Source: Antechinus flavipes (taxonomy: Eukaryota). From it: a stretch of 64,000 nt of DNA. The translations under genes and the position numbers were made by a program. Where the stretch lies: assembly GCF_016432865.1 (NCBI RefSeq), contig NC_067399.1, forward strand, positions 456,816,001 to 456,880,000. The letters are read 5' to 3'. Of this stretch, positions 23,504-36,934 are shown piece after piece. The notes below the pieces were generated by a model. That model worked only from the letters and a program-made list of their open reading frames with translations, was not told where the DNA came from and did no database searches. The stretch's first letter is position 1; each line of letters opens with the position of its first letter.

Positions 23504-24897
23504 GAAGAGAAGAGAGGTCAAAAGGAGAAAAGAAAAGATTAACTGAAAGGGAGAGAAGGAAAAAAATGGAGATGAGAGGGGGAGGAAGATAGTAGGGGTG
23601 AAATTAAAGGGAAGTGTCAGTTTGGTACTAGAACAGCAGGAAATGCTCCGGGTCAGGATTAGAGTCTATTGGCAAGGGTGTCATGTGGCATCTCTCATAG
23701 CATGTCCTTGATAGTTGCCTGGTACATATAATGCTTAAGGCAGCCTCCACCCCTCTTGCCACCTTCCAAGGAATGGAACAAAAGAAGAAGATAGTGTCTT
23801 TAAGAAAGATATTATTTACTGCAGTCCTAAGTCCTACTGGCACCAAAGAAGATTGGAAGGACAACCACAGCAAGTCATCATGAAATGGTGGAACTGGCTG
23901 TTCTCAAGGTGTCCTTAGTACCATTCAAGAGTGATCCTCTGCCTTTCTTTCATTAACCCACATTATTTGCCCTTTGTACCCAAGTGTACCTATTTTACTT
24001 TTCATATGGTATATATCAACAGCTGTCAGTGATACTGTCTGCTATAGTTTCTTTCCAGCCTTGACTACCCAATCCTGATCTTCCCCAAACTCTCATCTCT
24101 CTACCCTGAAAAAACCTTTATCACTTTAAATAAAACTTAATTCCTATCCACCCTCCTTACCCTTTTCTCACTTCAGAGTCTGAAAAACAATCTTGCTTAC
24201 GTTTTCTACCCTTGTTATCTCTTGTTCCCCATAACAAAAAAATGCCAAGTTGGGCTTTGCAGTAGAAAATAGACTTGGGAAATGCAGAATGCAAGGCACT
24301 CTCTGCTGAAGTTATTTTTGTTCAATGCTCTCTTTTTTTTCTTCTTATGAGAAATTACAAAAGGTTTGTATCAGCAGAAATCTAGCAGGATGGGATAGTG
24401 CATGCTTTGACCAGCTCCACTTATTTCCATTTATTTATTTATTTTTAGGAAGCAGATGGAACATTGGGAAGAATTGGTGGCAAAAAGTACAGTATTGTCA
24501 AGGTTTTACTCATTATTCAATAATGACATAGAAAAAGTTCTTAACTAATTTATCATATATCTTCCTTTCCTCTCTTTTTTTCTTCTCTTCTCTCTTCTTG
24601 CCTCTGTTTTCCTCCCACCCCACTCCCCAGTCAAGCAAGATTTATAGGTAGGGAGAATAGACTCACAATTTTAGAGGAGGAATCTTAGAAAGTATCTTGA
24701 CTAATTTTCTGGTCTCACAGGGCAGGAAACCCAAGAAAGAGTGATTTGAGGGGCACTGGAAAGAGCCCTTTGCCACCAAATTCCTCCTTGACCACCTGTC
24801 AGGATGCCTGAAAATCCATTTTTGAGACTAACCCCTTTGCATCTTAAAAACTTCCTAATCACAAAGAGCCTATTAAATTAACCCCTAGTAAAATTCA

Positions 24898-25891
24898 NNN
24901 NNNNNNNNNNNNNNNNNNNNNNNNNNNNNNNNNNNNNNNNNNNNNNNNNNNNNNNNNNNNNNNNNNNNNNNNNNNNNNNNNNNNNNNNNNNNNNNNNNNN
25001 NNNNNNNNNNNNNNNNNNNNNNNNNNNNNNNNNNNNNNNNNNNNNNNNNNNNNNNNNNNNNNNNNNNNNNNNNNNNNNNNNNNNNNNNNNNNNNNNNNNN
25101 NNNNNNNNNNNNNNNNNNGAGNNNNNNNNNNNNNNNNNNNNNNNNNNNNNNNNNNNNNNNNNNNNNNNNNNNNNNNNNNNNNNNNNNNNNNNNNNNNNNN
25201 NNNNNNNNNNNNNNNNNNNNNNNNNNNNNNNNNNNNNNNNNNNNNNNNNNNNNNNNNNNNNNNNNNNNNNNNNNNNNNNNNNNNNNNNNNNNNNNNNNNN
25301 NNNNNNNNNNNNNNNNNNNNNNNNNNNNNNNNNNNNNNNNNNNNNNNNNNNNNNNNNNNNNNNNNNNNNNNNNNNNNNNNNNNNNNNNNNNNNNNNNNNN
25401 NNNNNNNNNNNNNNNNNNNNNNNNNNNNNNNNNNNNNNNNNNNNNNNNNNNNNNNNNNNNNNNNNNNNNNNNNNNNNNNNNNNNNNNNNNNNNNNNNNNN
25501 NNNNNNNNNNNNNNNNNNNNNNNNNNNNNNNNNNNNNNNNNNNNNNNNNNNNNNNNNNNNNNNNNNNNNNNNNNNNNNNNNNNNNNNNNNNNNNNNNNNN
25601 NNNNNNNNNNNNNNNNNNNNNNNNNNNNNNNNNNNNNNNNNNNNNNNNNNNNNNNNNNNNNNNNNNNNNNNNNNNNNNNNNNNNNNNNNNNNNNNNNNNN
25701 NNNNNNNNNNNNNNNNNNNNNNNNNNNNNNNNNNNNNNNNNNNNNNNNNNNNNNNNNNNNNNNNNNNNNNNNNNNNNNNNNNNNNNNNNNNNNNNNNNNN
25801 NNNNNNNNNNNNNNNNNNNNNNNNNNNNNNNNNNNNNNNNNNNNNNNNNNNNNNNNNNNNNNNNNNNNNNNNNNNNNNNNNNNNNNNNNNN
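24898..25891. other. Assembly gap with an isolated gag at 25119-25121
   Basis: Run of N with three called bases. Confidence 1.
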
Positions 25892-25989
25892 GCAGAGGAA
25901 GGTGGGAGGGAGAGAAGTTGAGAGGGAGGGAAGGAGGGAAGGAGAAAGGAGAGAGTGAGGCAAGGAGGGAAAAACGTTTGAGCTAGGTA

Positions 25990-26590
25990 CCAAGAATTTA
26001 AAAATGGGAAAAAAAGATGCTACTCTCAAGGAACTTATAATCCACTGGAAGGAAGGACAGGTACACAAAGAGCTACAAGCTAAATAAGAATGAATACCTG
26101 AGTGAAATGTCAGAATTAATTTGGGGAGAGATCCTCCTACAGGGAAAGATATAAGGGAAATCACTTGAAAGAGTTGGCAGAATCTGAAATGGGCCTTGAA
26201 GGAAAGGAGAGAATTCAAGAGAAGGAAATAGCAGCAGAAAAGTCCATTTCATTCATGGGGAATGATGCTGAGCAAAGCCATAAAATCATCTGAAAACAGA
26301 ACAAGAATGGATAGAGAAAGCAGACCAAATTATTTGCAGCATAGAATATAGGATCTAGACAACTAGACAAGTTGTTTGGAATGACATTATGAAGGCTTTC
26401 GATGACCGAGTCAGGAAATCGCCCTTTATTAAATGGGTCACGGGGAGCCACTCAAGGGCTTTGAGTAGAGGACTGACATTATTTTAGCTGTGCATTAAGA
26501 AGGCTAATTTGGCACAGGCATGAAAGATGAACTAGGGTTGGCAGAGACTAGCGAAAGGAAGAGCAGTTAGGGAGCTATACAACAGGTTCT
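25990..26590 (-). mobile_element. L2 3' fragment
   Basis: gaaggctttcgatgaccgagtcaggaaatcgccctttattaaatgggtcacggggagccactcaagggctttgagtag pattern. Confidence 0.7.
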
Positions 26591-27439
26591 GTCCTGTCTA
26601 GGTTTTGTGCCTTCTCCAGTAATCTTTGGAGTCTTGGTAACTGATAAAGCGTTTAATCTGAATGGAAACCAAGCTGTCCCTGTATTTCAATGAAGGGATT
26701 TGATATGTGATTCAGGAAGTCTAATAATAGACTCTGGGAAAGAGGATCAGTACTGATTGCTGAGATAGATTATCTTTTATTTTTTAATTTTCTAATGATC
26801 TTTTCTCCCTATATAAAAGTCAGGAGAGCTGGGCTCCAGGCCTCTTCCTGTTATAAACTCCCCGGGCAAGTCACCTCTTCTATCTTTAGATTTCAGATTC
26901 CTTCCCTGGAAAAGGAAGGAGTTAGATTAAGTGATCTTTAAAGTCCCTTTGGGTTTGTGAGCCTGTGATCCTAACACCTAACAACTGCCTCATAAATCTA
27001 AGTAGGAGAACTTGGAGGAGAAAGGTATGAGCTGGTTTCTGGAGAAATCAGAACAGAGGCACCTGAAGTGGGAAGACACTGAGAAGAGAAGACAGAGACT
27101 GCCCGGGATGCATGATTTTTGTCAGGGCTGGCTCAGTCTTCCAGAGTCCATTCTGAGAGCATCTAGATGGCATGTGATTACTTGTTGAGCTGTTCTATCT
27201 GAGAAGAGAATGTCAACTGAGGAGAGAGTTTCAACCATGCTGGCCAATTGTGAATCTTTCATTTAACTAAGAGGAAAGCCAGAGACAGCAAATGATAATA
27301 ACATACCAGTCACTGCTGACTTCCCTGGAAGGCATTGCTGGTCAGTAGACTGGTATTGGATGTAAGACAGCTAGTTGGCTGAAGCAGGGAGCCAGACTTG
27401 TCCCCTGAGCCAGCTTTCTCTCCTCTCTCTGCCACTGGC

Positions 27440-27660
27440 TGCCATTTTTATATTCAAGCCATAAAACAGCCCGCAAATGGGAGGTGCGGATTAATGGATT
27501 TTTTTGGCATAAAGAAATTAATCTTTTTTAAACCAACGGGAATATTTTTTTTCTCTTTCCTAAAGATCTTTGGCAAACAGAAGCTCTGTGTCTTCCAGAC
27601 CTCATGAAAGGTATTTTGCGCAAACGAGGTGTGATTTACACTTCCTTTAATTAGCCTGAA
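27440..27660. promoter_or_regulatory. Candidate developmental enhancer / conserved non-coding element
   Basis: Non-repeat sequence with GCCATTTT, CCATAAAA, GGATTAATGG, TTGCGCAA, TGATTTAC, TTAATTAG and 5 retained CpGs. Confidence 0.5.
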
Positions 27661-29149
27661 CCCTGGAAAAAAGGAGAAATAACAGAAAACAAGCCTTGGG
27701 TAGAAAACAAGTCCAAACAGCACTAAAATAACAGTTTTGTAAAAGCATCAATTGAGGGTGGAGGGAAGAAACAAAAAGCCCCTAATTCAAGGAGCAGAGA
27801 ATTATAAGAGAATTGAAGTTCAATTGAATTGGCTGCTTAAGAAGGAAAAAAAAAGAAAGAAAAATAGATTTGGCAACCAAACATGAGTATTCATTGACAT
27901 GGCTTCATGGCATTCCTGACTGCTTCATTAGCAGTCCTTGATATTAAAGTGAGGGCATCTAGGGTTCTAATGAGCTCTTTGGTAAGGGAAAGGGCAGCTA
28001 TTTTATCAACTGGGCAAACTCCAAGAATATTTGGTGGGACATGAGGATCAGCCAGAACAGACCCAGAAAGATAGGAGTGAAGAGGCTAAAAAAAAAAAAA
28101 AAAAAATAGGTTATTTTATAAAGACAGGAGATTCCTAGACAGGACTCAAGCATTGGTACATAGGTTCTATCCAAACCCTTTTCAAGAGTGCCTGACCCTC
28201 TTTTGAGGGAAGAAAGCAGCAGGACAGGGACAAAGAAAACTCAACAAGAGATATTGATTATCACTTAATGGCATCTAGTTAGCTTATCTAAGAAGGGGAA
28301 GAGGCTCTTTGGAAAACAGAAAAACTGTTTGATCTTAGGCAAATTACTGCCCTTCTCTGAGCCTCAATTTCCTCTTATGATTTTACAGGTCTATGAATTG
28401 ACTCGTCGAGCCTTCCCCTCTCATAAGGGAAATTTTTCTAGGTTCTAATAGCCATAATTAGTTGCCATCTGCCAGAGCTGCCAATCACCTAAACCCTGGG
28501 AGATCTCCTCATGGGACTAAAGTTACTATACAAACACTCTTGTAGCAAAAGCTGTCTCTTATGTGAGAGCTGCCACCTTTAGAATCCCCAAATACCTTTT
28601 TTTTTTTTTTCAAATACCACTCAATGAACAGGAGAATTAAACAACTGACCCTTGTCACAGATTTACCTATTCCAGAAGCAGTCATCTTATAGGAATTCAA
28701 ATATTTTAGGTTCTCTGGTTTGCTACTTAATAGATGGAAGGCACAAATGTTTCATTTAAAACTGATGTGGACTCCTAGAATTATTGGAAATTAGATTTTA
28801 GCGATGACTTTCCTAATACAAATGCCTCATTTTGCTCAAGGAATAAACTGAGGGCAAGGAAGGATTTGTGACCTGTCCAGATCTACACCATAAATAAATG
28901 ACAGATAGGTGTTGAACCTGGATCTTCTGGTTCCAAGTCCAGTGAATATTTTAGTACATCCTCCTAATTCTCTTATGGGGAAGAGAGGTAGACCTTGCTG
29001 AAGGCATCATGGAAGCTTACTGATAGAGACTTCATAGGACTGATAGTAAAGGATAGCTCCTGCCTCCATCAGAGAAGCGGTAGTCTATAGTTGCATGTTT
29101 ACATGTAGCTTACATTTTCAGACATTGTTGGCTTATTTTTCTGGATTGC

Positions 29150-29345
29150 AGAATTCAAATTCAGCCTCAAATACTTACTAGCTGTGTGGCTTTGGAAAGT
29201 CACTTAATCCTATTTGACTCAGTTTTCTCATTGTAAAATCAGCTGGAGTAGCAAATGGTAAACCATTCCAATACCTTTGGCTTAGAAAACTCTAAATGGG
29301 TCATGAAGATTCAGATAAAACTGAAATAACTGAGCAATAAAACTT
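29150..29345 (+). mobile_element. Mar1-type SINE
   Basis: CORE plus aaatggtaaaccattccaatacctttgg..agaaaactctaaatgggtcatgaagattcaga tail. Confidence 0.8.
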
Positions 29346-29539
29346 GTAAAAGAGAGAGCTTTACACAGATTGTATGTATGGATGAAATAATGAAAAGAAC
29401 ATTAATAAAATATCTGAATTTAAAAATTGAAAATGAACTGAGGCAGAAAAGGAAATGACTGGGAAAGGTTTCTAAAAATTTCCTTTTTTACTTTTTCAAC
29501 AAATTTGTCTGCATTAGACTTTCTCCAAAATAAGCTCAT

Positions 29540-30131
29540 TTCTTTTTTCCCCCTTTTTTGTTTTCTTTTTTTCTGTTATACATGTACATTAATTTTTTAA
29601 TAATTTTTTTATGAATCATGTTGGGAAAGAAAAATCTGAACAAAAGGGAAAAACCACAAGAGAAATAAAAAAACAGAAGAAAAAGGGAAAAAAATGAACA
29701 TAGCATATCTTGATTTACATTCAGTCTCCATAGTTCTCTCGTTGGAGGCAGATAGCATTTTCTATCCATAATTTATTGGGATTGCCTTGGATCACTGAAC
29801 TGCTGAGAACTAAGTCTTCCATAATTGATCATTACATAATCTTGATGTTACTAAGTACAATGTATTCTTGGTTCTTCTTGTTTTATTCAACATCAGTTCA
29901 TGTAAATCTTTCCAGGTCTTTTTCTAAAGTCATCTTGTTCATTATTTTTTAATAGAACAATAATATGCCATCACTTTCATATACCAAACTTATTCAGCCA
30001 TTCCCAAATTTATAGGCATCTATTCATTTTCCAATTCTTGACCACCACAAAAAAAGCTGCTACAAACATTTTTGTACACATGGGTCCTTTCCCCTCCTTT
30101 ATGATTTTCTTGGGATACAGACCCAGCAGTG
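29540..30131 (-). mobile_element. 5'-truncated L1 (ORF2 end and 3' UTR)
   Basis: gctgctacaaacatttttgtacacatgggtcctttcccc...gggatacagacccag is the antisense ORF2 end. Confidence 0.9.
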
Positions 30132-30776
30132 CAATGCTCATTTTTTTATTCATTTATTCAACAAATGTGTAGCAAGAACCTACTAGATCCAAGACAATAA
30201 AGGTGATTAACAAAAAAAGGGTATGATGAATATATGAGACTTTATGATATAGTAAAAGGCATGCTAGGTTTGTAGTTAGATCTGTATTAAACCTCACTCT
30301 GCCACTTATTGTTTCTGGAACCCAATTCACTTAACCTCTATTGGCCTGGATGTTCTAATCTGTAACATGAGTCAAGTAACTGGCCATTGCCACTAATTTA
30401 CTCACCCAAAAGTAAATGGGATGGGTGAATGCAAAATGATTCTAAAAGTTAATTGGGTTCGATTCTCTCATTTGATACATGAGAAAACTGAGTCTCAGAG
30501 AGATGAGATGACTTGTTTAAGATTAAGTAGCTAGGAAATAGATGGATAGATAGGTAAATCAAACAATTATTGATCAATTACTATGTGACAGGCACTATGG
30601 TAAATATTGGAGATATAAATATAAGCAAGACAACTCTTGCTCCCAAGGAGATTACATTCTAGTATTACAGGAAGACAACATACTAATGGAGTTAAGAAAG
30701 GCAGAGGTAAAAGAGGAGGGAATTTAGTCAGAGCCATCAAAAAGAGGGAGCTGCAAAGTGATGTAGAAACTAGGGT

Positions 30777-31250
30777 TCTGTTCTTTTTATAATGGCAAGG
30801 AACTGAAAATTGAGGGTTTGCCCATCAATTGGGAAATGGCTGAATAAGTTATGGTATACGAATGTTATGGAATATGGAATATTATTGTTCTATAAGAAAT
30901 GATCAGCTGCTGACTGGAAAGACTTACATGAACTGATGTGAAGTGAGCAGAACCAGAACATTGTACATGGTAACAAGATTTAGTATTTTCACCTTTTTTA
31001 TATTGTTGTTTGCTTGTTTTCCTTTCCTTTCTCATGTTTTTCCCTTTTGACCAGATTTTTCTTATGAAGAACGATGATTATGAAAATATGTTGAGAAGAA
31101 TTGAATATGTTTAACCTATATCAGTTTACTCACTGTCTTGGAAAGGGGGAAGGCAGAGAGAATGGGAGAAAAATTTGGAATATAAGGTGGATGTTGAAAA
31201 TGATTTTTGCATATTTAGGGGGAAAAAACTATTAAAAAGACTTTAGAAAA
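30777..31250 (+). mobile_element. 5'-truncated L1
   Basis: aatggcaaggaactgaaaattgagggtttgcccatcaattgggaaatggctgaataagttatgg and following UTR. Confidence 0.85.
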
Positions 31251-31419
31251 AAAATTAGGGTCAAGATACAAATTAGGGTCAAGATAAGTAAAAAATTAAA
31301 CTACCAGAGCCAGAAGATCTAGTGGTATGGCACAAGTTTTCAGTGGCATAAAAGAAACTTAAACCCCTGTCACCTGACTCTAAGCAAATATTCATATGGA
31401 CTATTTGTGCCTGATGTGA

Positions 31420-31530
31420 TACAATCTTCTGACTTCATATTGTGATTTGATCAGTCACAGTTAGATACACTATACTTTGACTCCAACATATCATTTTGGT
31501 CCACTTGGAGAATAAGAAAACAACCAACTC
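31420..31530 (+). mobile_element. RTE-type LINE/SINE 3' tail
   Basis: ctccaacatatcattttggtccacttggagaataagaaaacaaccaac resembles the recalled marsupial RTE tail. Confidence 0.5.
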
Positions 31531-31968
31531 AACTCAAAATTTAATCAACTTATCTCTACTGCTTCTGCCCTCAGTTTCTCCAGGGGAAAGATAAAGGGGA
31601 AGAAAGTCCTACTTCTTTGGGATTCACTAAGGAGGGAGAAAAGAAATTCCTGCAACAAATGTTTCAAACTTTGGGTAGATGCCATGGGTTAATCAATCCA
31701 ACCCATATTGAAAGGCTACATGAAATAGTGGAAAGAGCTACCCTACCTTCAGAAGATCTTGTTTGCATTCTGGTGCTTCTATTTACTAGCAGTATGATTG
31801 AGTAAATTCTCCTTATCTTATTCAAAAATATTGTCTAGGATCAACAAGGGAAAGAGAAGATGCATCTTTCTCTTATTACCTTCAGAGTCACAATTGTGTG
31901 ATTCAGGACTACTCAAGCCATCCTTCTTCTCTCCTGGAGGAGAGATGGAGACAAAAATCATAGGCAGT

Positions 31969-32111
31969 GGGGGCAGCTAGGTAGCACAGTGGATAGAGCA
32001 CTAGCCCTGAAGTCAGAAGGACCTGAGTTTAAATATAATCTCAGACACTTAATGCTCCCTAGCTATATGACCCTGGACAAGTCACAACCCCAGTTATCTC
32101 AGGGAAAAAAA
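31969..32111 (+). mobile_element. WSINE1-type CORE-SINE
   Basis: gggggcagctaggtagcacagtggatagagcactagccctgaagtcagaaggacctgagtttaaat with tRNA-like A/B boxes. Confidence 0.9.
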
Positions 32112-32860
32112 TACAATTAGACAATATCCTGTTTTCATGTATTTCTAGGACTGGAAAATTAACATTAAAGTGAAGCCTGTTGTTTGGTTGTTGCTACAGC
32201 TTGCTTTATTGACTGAGAACTTCTGAAATTAAATTAGCTGTTCACCTGTGACTAAAATTTCCCCACCAAAAGTATAAGTTTGTAACAGATGCCAGTTGGC
32301 ATGGAGAAGTAGAACAAAGCAAAATATAGGAGAAAAAAGTCATCTTGACTCACTAGTCTCATCATCTCTTTCTTGCTCCTCTCAAGATGGTATGGTCTCT
32401 CATCACAATATAACTACTAGCAAGTCTTCAAACTCTGTGTGCTATCTCTCCATCTCTGTGATATCCCTTTCTCTTATTATGATTACTTTCTATTTCTACC
32501 TATAAGAATTTCTTAAAGTCTTAGCTCAAATGGCTTCTGCTGTGGAAAGACTTTCCCAATTCCCTCAACTAGCGTTTTCTTCTACCTCAAAGTATTTCAT
32601 ATCTATTTATCTGTGTGCATGTGCTATTTTCTCAGTAGAATATAAACTCCCTGATGGCAGATATTATTTTAGTTTAGGGCTTGTATCTCCCAGCATGTAG
32701 CACTGTATATCATATAAAAATTGATCATAATAGAATTAAGATAGACATAAGGATAGCTATTCTCAAATCTCATCATCCTTGAATTTTCAGCAGCTTTTAA
32801 TGCAACTGACAACCCCTTCCGATTGCACCCTTTCTCTTCCCTTGGTTTCTGGGGCACTCT

Positions 32861-33036
32861 CAGGGGTGTATTGAAACCAGGTCAGAGTAACTTCAAATGT
32901 CATAAATCAGGGTTTGATTTATTAGTTTGTTGATTGTCCAGACTTAAGAAAGTGATGAAGAAAATATTAATAATGGAAATTAAATTTAAAGGTCTATTGA
33001 CTAGATAGTTGTTAAACATTTACCAGTACACCCTTA
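32861..33036. mobile_element. hAT-type MITE inserted in an L2
   Basis: Degenerate TIRs caggggtgtattg / ccagtacaccctta; 8-bp TSD ggcactct vs gacactat. Confidence 0.65.
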
Positions 33037-34874
33037 GACACTATTCTGGTGCTTTCTCTATCTAATTGTTTCTTCTCTCCTTTACCATTTTATTTTCAAT
33101 CTATCATCCTAGATCCTTCAAAGTGCTGTTCAGGTCACTTACCCTCTCAGAGTCCCCTTTTCTGTACTGTTAAACAGGTATAGTAAAGCCCACAGTATTT
33201 ACTTCAAAAGACTGGGATAATATATGTAAAATCCCTAGCAGATGTTTAAAAATTATCATATAAATAACAGCTATCACTATGCTCTTTTTCTTCATATATT
33301 CTACAGTATTCTCTCTTGGACTTGTGTAGTACAGTGAGATATACAGGACAGTCATTATTATCCCTATATTACAGATGAGGAAGTTGAGATTCAGAAATGT
33401 CAAGAAAAATGCATTGACATCCATACTACTACTAAGTATTAGGGACTCCCATGTCCTAACTTCTATTCCTAATATCTTCTCATCAAATATTCTGCCTATA
33501 CAGAAAAAAAGACAGTTGGAAGAGGTGTTAGGAAAGAGTATTTAGGTCAAAAGCTTTAAGGAGAGTAAAAGGGGCACTCATGGAAGGCTTGAATGTTGAA
33601 GGAGGGGGTTGCTACTCTCTGTCCTGGAGCACATTGTCAGATTCAATGGTTCCCACTAATACTTGAAGGATTCAGGAAATGAGGGTTATTTCAGAGCTGT
33701 AAGAGCCCATCAGGAACATAAAATATGCCTTCACCCCTAAAACATAGGCCTCTATGTTGGGACACCGGCCATGGGAAAACTATCCATCCATTCCCCATAA
33801 CCCAAACTTGCCACAGCACTATTTCCTATTATGTCTCAATAACCAAATTTAACCCCCCAGGGTCTCAAGATTATATCTGAGAACACACACACACACGGAC
33901 TCAATCACCCAATTAACAGCAGGAAAATCTTATCCTTTCCAAACAAAGGCAAATGTGACATAACCCAGTTGCAAGGATTATGTCTCACTCAGGAAGAAGC
34001 TAAAAAATTAGAAAAGGACTGAGTAGGTCATTCATTTCATAGCATAAGTTATTTGCCAGTGAATTGGACATTTTGAGCGGTATAACCTTTCAGGACAAAA
34101 CAATTTGAAAGAAGCACTGTGGTGTGGATTTCAAGTCAGAATGACCTAAAATTCAAATGCCACCTCTGATGCTTCAACAACAAGCATTTATTAAGAGTCT
34201 ACTGTGTGCAAAGTTTTGTGTTATTGGGAACACAAAGGCATTGTTTACCTGTGGGAATATGGATAAATCATTTTATCTCTCTGTGTCTCAGTTTCATCAT
34301 CAATAAAATAGAAGTCATAGTACTTGTGTTCCCTCCCTTGTTGGTTTATTGTGGAGACTGAAACTAATTCAATTCCACAGGCATCTATTAAATACTTAAT
34401 ATGTGCTAAAAAGTAGACTAAGATTAGGGAACATAAAGATAAAGAGGAGCCACCCTTATCCTCAAGAAATTTACATTTTACTTGGGAAGCAAGATGTGAA
34501 TGCACAAATAAGTTAATATAAAATATCTGAAATAAATTTTAAAAAAAGGTATGGGAAGGATTTCACAAATTTTCTTAAAGCATTATGTAAATATCACTTA
34601 TCATCATCATCATCATCCTCAGACTCATACAGGAAATTTGCAAACATGTCTCCTGTATTACTTTGCTTGAGGCAAGATACTATAGTGTGGAAAGAGTCCT
34701 AACCTAATAATCTAGAAGATCTGAATTCCAGAATCAATTTTACCACTGACTTGCTATATGATGTTAAATCCTCGGAGCCTCAGTTTCTCACCTGAAAGTG
34801 AGAGGTTTAGAATTAGATGACTTCTCAGCATCCTCTTGGGATATCTAAGTGATGCTATCGATAAGAATGCCAGG

Positions 34875-35070
34875 AGTAGAGTTAGAATCTGGTCTCATGC
34901 TTATTAGTTGTGTGACTGTAGGCAAGTCACTTAACCCTGTTTGCCTCAGTTCTTCATTTGTAAAATGAATTGAAGAAGGAAATGCCAAATTACTCCAGTA
35001 CCTTTGCCAAAAAAAAAAAAAAAAAAAAAAGGATCACAAAGTCAGTCACAATTGTAACAACAAAAAAGGA
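34875..35070 (+). mobile_element. Mar1-type SINE with internal poly-A expansion
   Basis: gaaggaaatgccaaattactccagtacctttgccaa(A)n ggatcacaaagtcagtcaca. Confidence 0.8.
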
Positions 35071-36934
35071 ACTCTTTGGAGTCTAGAATTTTATGAGGGA
35101 TTATAGGATAGTAGAAAAAGCACTAGATTTAGAGTCAGATAACCAGGCTTGGATCCTGGCTTTCCACTTATAATGTAACCTTGGACAAGTCATTTTATTT
35201 ATTTGGACTTCAGTTTCCTCCTCTGTTTAAAAAAAAATTAGGTAGTTTGGCCAAATGATCTCTGAAGTCTCTCCACAACTAAATCCTACATTCCTATTAT
35301 AAAAATGTTTTCTTTTTTCCCCCACTCTCTCCTGAACTCTCAGAAGGATGAAAAGATTTATCAGTGTTACTTATCCCACATTGCTTCAAAGAAACTAATG
35401 CAAAGATTTGCACAAAGGAGTATCTAGTAGGCTTTCTAATGGCACTTAAACCCATGCTCTGTTTTCAGTCTCAGATAATCCCCATTTCCGTGGAGGAAAG
35501 TACAAAGCTACAGATCCTATCAGTTAGAAACTCAAAGCTTTGTGGGAAAATTCCTTCCCAATTCTCATGGGAAAGCTAATTGGTTAATTTAGAGAATGAT
35601 ACATTACCTCAGTTCCAGTCAACTGGTTATTTACTGAGTTCCTACTATGTGCGTGCATATCTGGAAACATGGACAACAACAGAGGGAAGAAAGAAACAGC
35701 AATTTGCACAGCTGAAGAATAACCCAAAGCTTGCATTCTCCAGATTTTGTGTCACTTGAGAAGCTTACACAACGGGAAAAGGGACTGTGTGTCAACAAAA
35801 GACCCAAGGGGTGTGATATAGAATAAGTTAGTTGTCTCTTGAAAGACAACCTTAAAGGTCAGGTATATCCTAGTTGCTCTTAGTAGTCTTCTGTGACTGA
35901 TGTTTTAAATTTTGTGCAAAATATTTTCTAATAAACTAATCCATTTATGTTCCCAGCTAACTGCTTGGGGGAATTAAAGAAAAATGTCATTGACCATACG
36001 GCCCACTGGGTGAAGGATCATTTTCAAGTTAAGGACTTTATGAGTCTTTCATTCCTTTTTCACTCTTTATCTGAAAAATTACAAGGCTGAATAAAATAAC
36101 CAACATTTATATGGTGGTTAAAATTTTAGCAAATCAGCCAGGCAGTCAACAAACATCTAGTAAGTTGCTTACTCTATGTCAAACACTGTGCTAAGCATTG
36201 ATGATACAAAGAGAAGCAAAAAAATAAGAATATGCAGTCCCCATCCATTAAAAAGTTCTTAATAGAAGAGACAACATGTACTTTTCATAATCTAGCTTTA
36301 TCTTCACAAAAACCATTTAAGAGAAGTGTTATTATAACCATTTAACTGATAACCAAGATCAGTCTCAGTTTCTAAGATGATTTCCAAAGTCCTTCACATC
36401 TCTAACATTCTATATTCTAATTCCTCTTTCATTGGTGTCCTATTCTTCTGAGAAAATGTAAGCTCTTTGTGAAGGCATGGGTAGTTTATTTTTTGTCTTT
36501 GGATCACTAGTGCCTAGCACAGTATTAGGCACAGAGGAGACATTTAATAAATGCTGGCTAACAAATTAGTTGATTCTACTGTTTTTTTTAAATCAAATAT
36601 CTTTTATTTTTAAATTTCCTGAAATGTCTATCCACACTTACTTAACCTCTGTCATCCTTCATGGAATCAAGTTTTACTCCCTGACAAAAATAGCTTACAG
36701 AGATTTCTATCCTGTCTGAACTCCATTGACATTTATTATTTATGTAAAATATTCTATATTACCATGTACAGGTATGTTTACTTACCCAAACTAGAATGTG
36801 AATTCCTAGAGGACAGAAATCCTTCCCCATTCCCTAGTAGAGTGACTGTTACACCATGGCTTCCTAATATTTATTGAATGATTGGTTTGGGGCCCAAATT
36901 CAATTCTCAACTCCTTTAATAGTAATTAACTTGG

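Noticed and set aside
22167-26218. Longest ORFs in the track (up to 446 aa)
   Set aside because: They are mostly X from gaps plus microsatellite translation.
31969-32040. tRNA gene (A/B boxes)
   Set aside because: It is a SINE head that continues into CORE sequence, with no cloverleaf.
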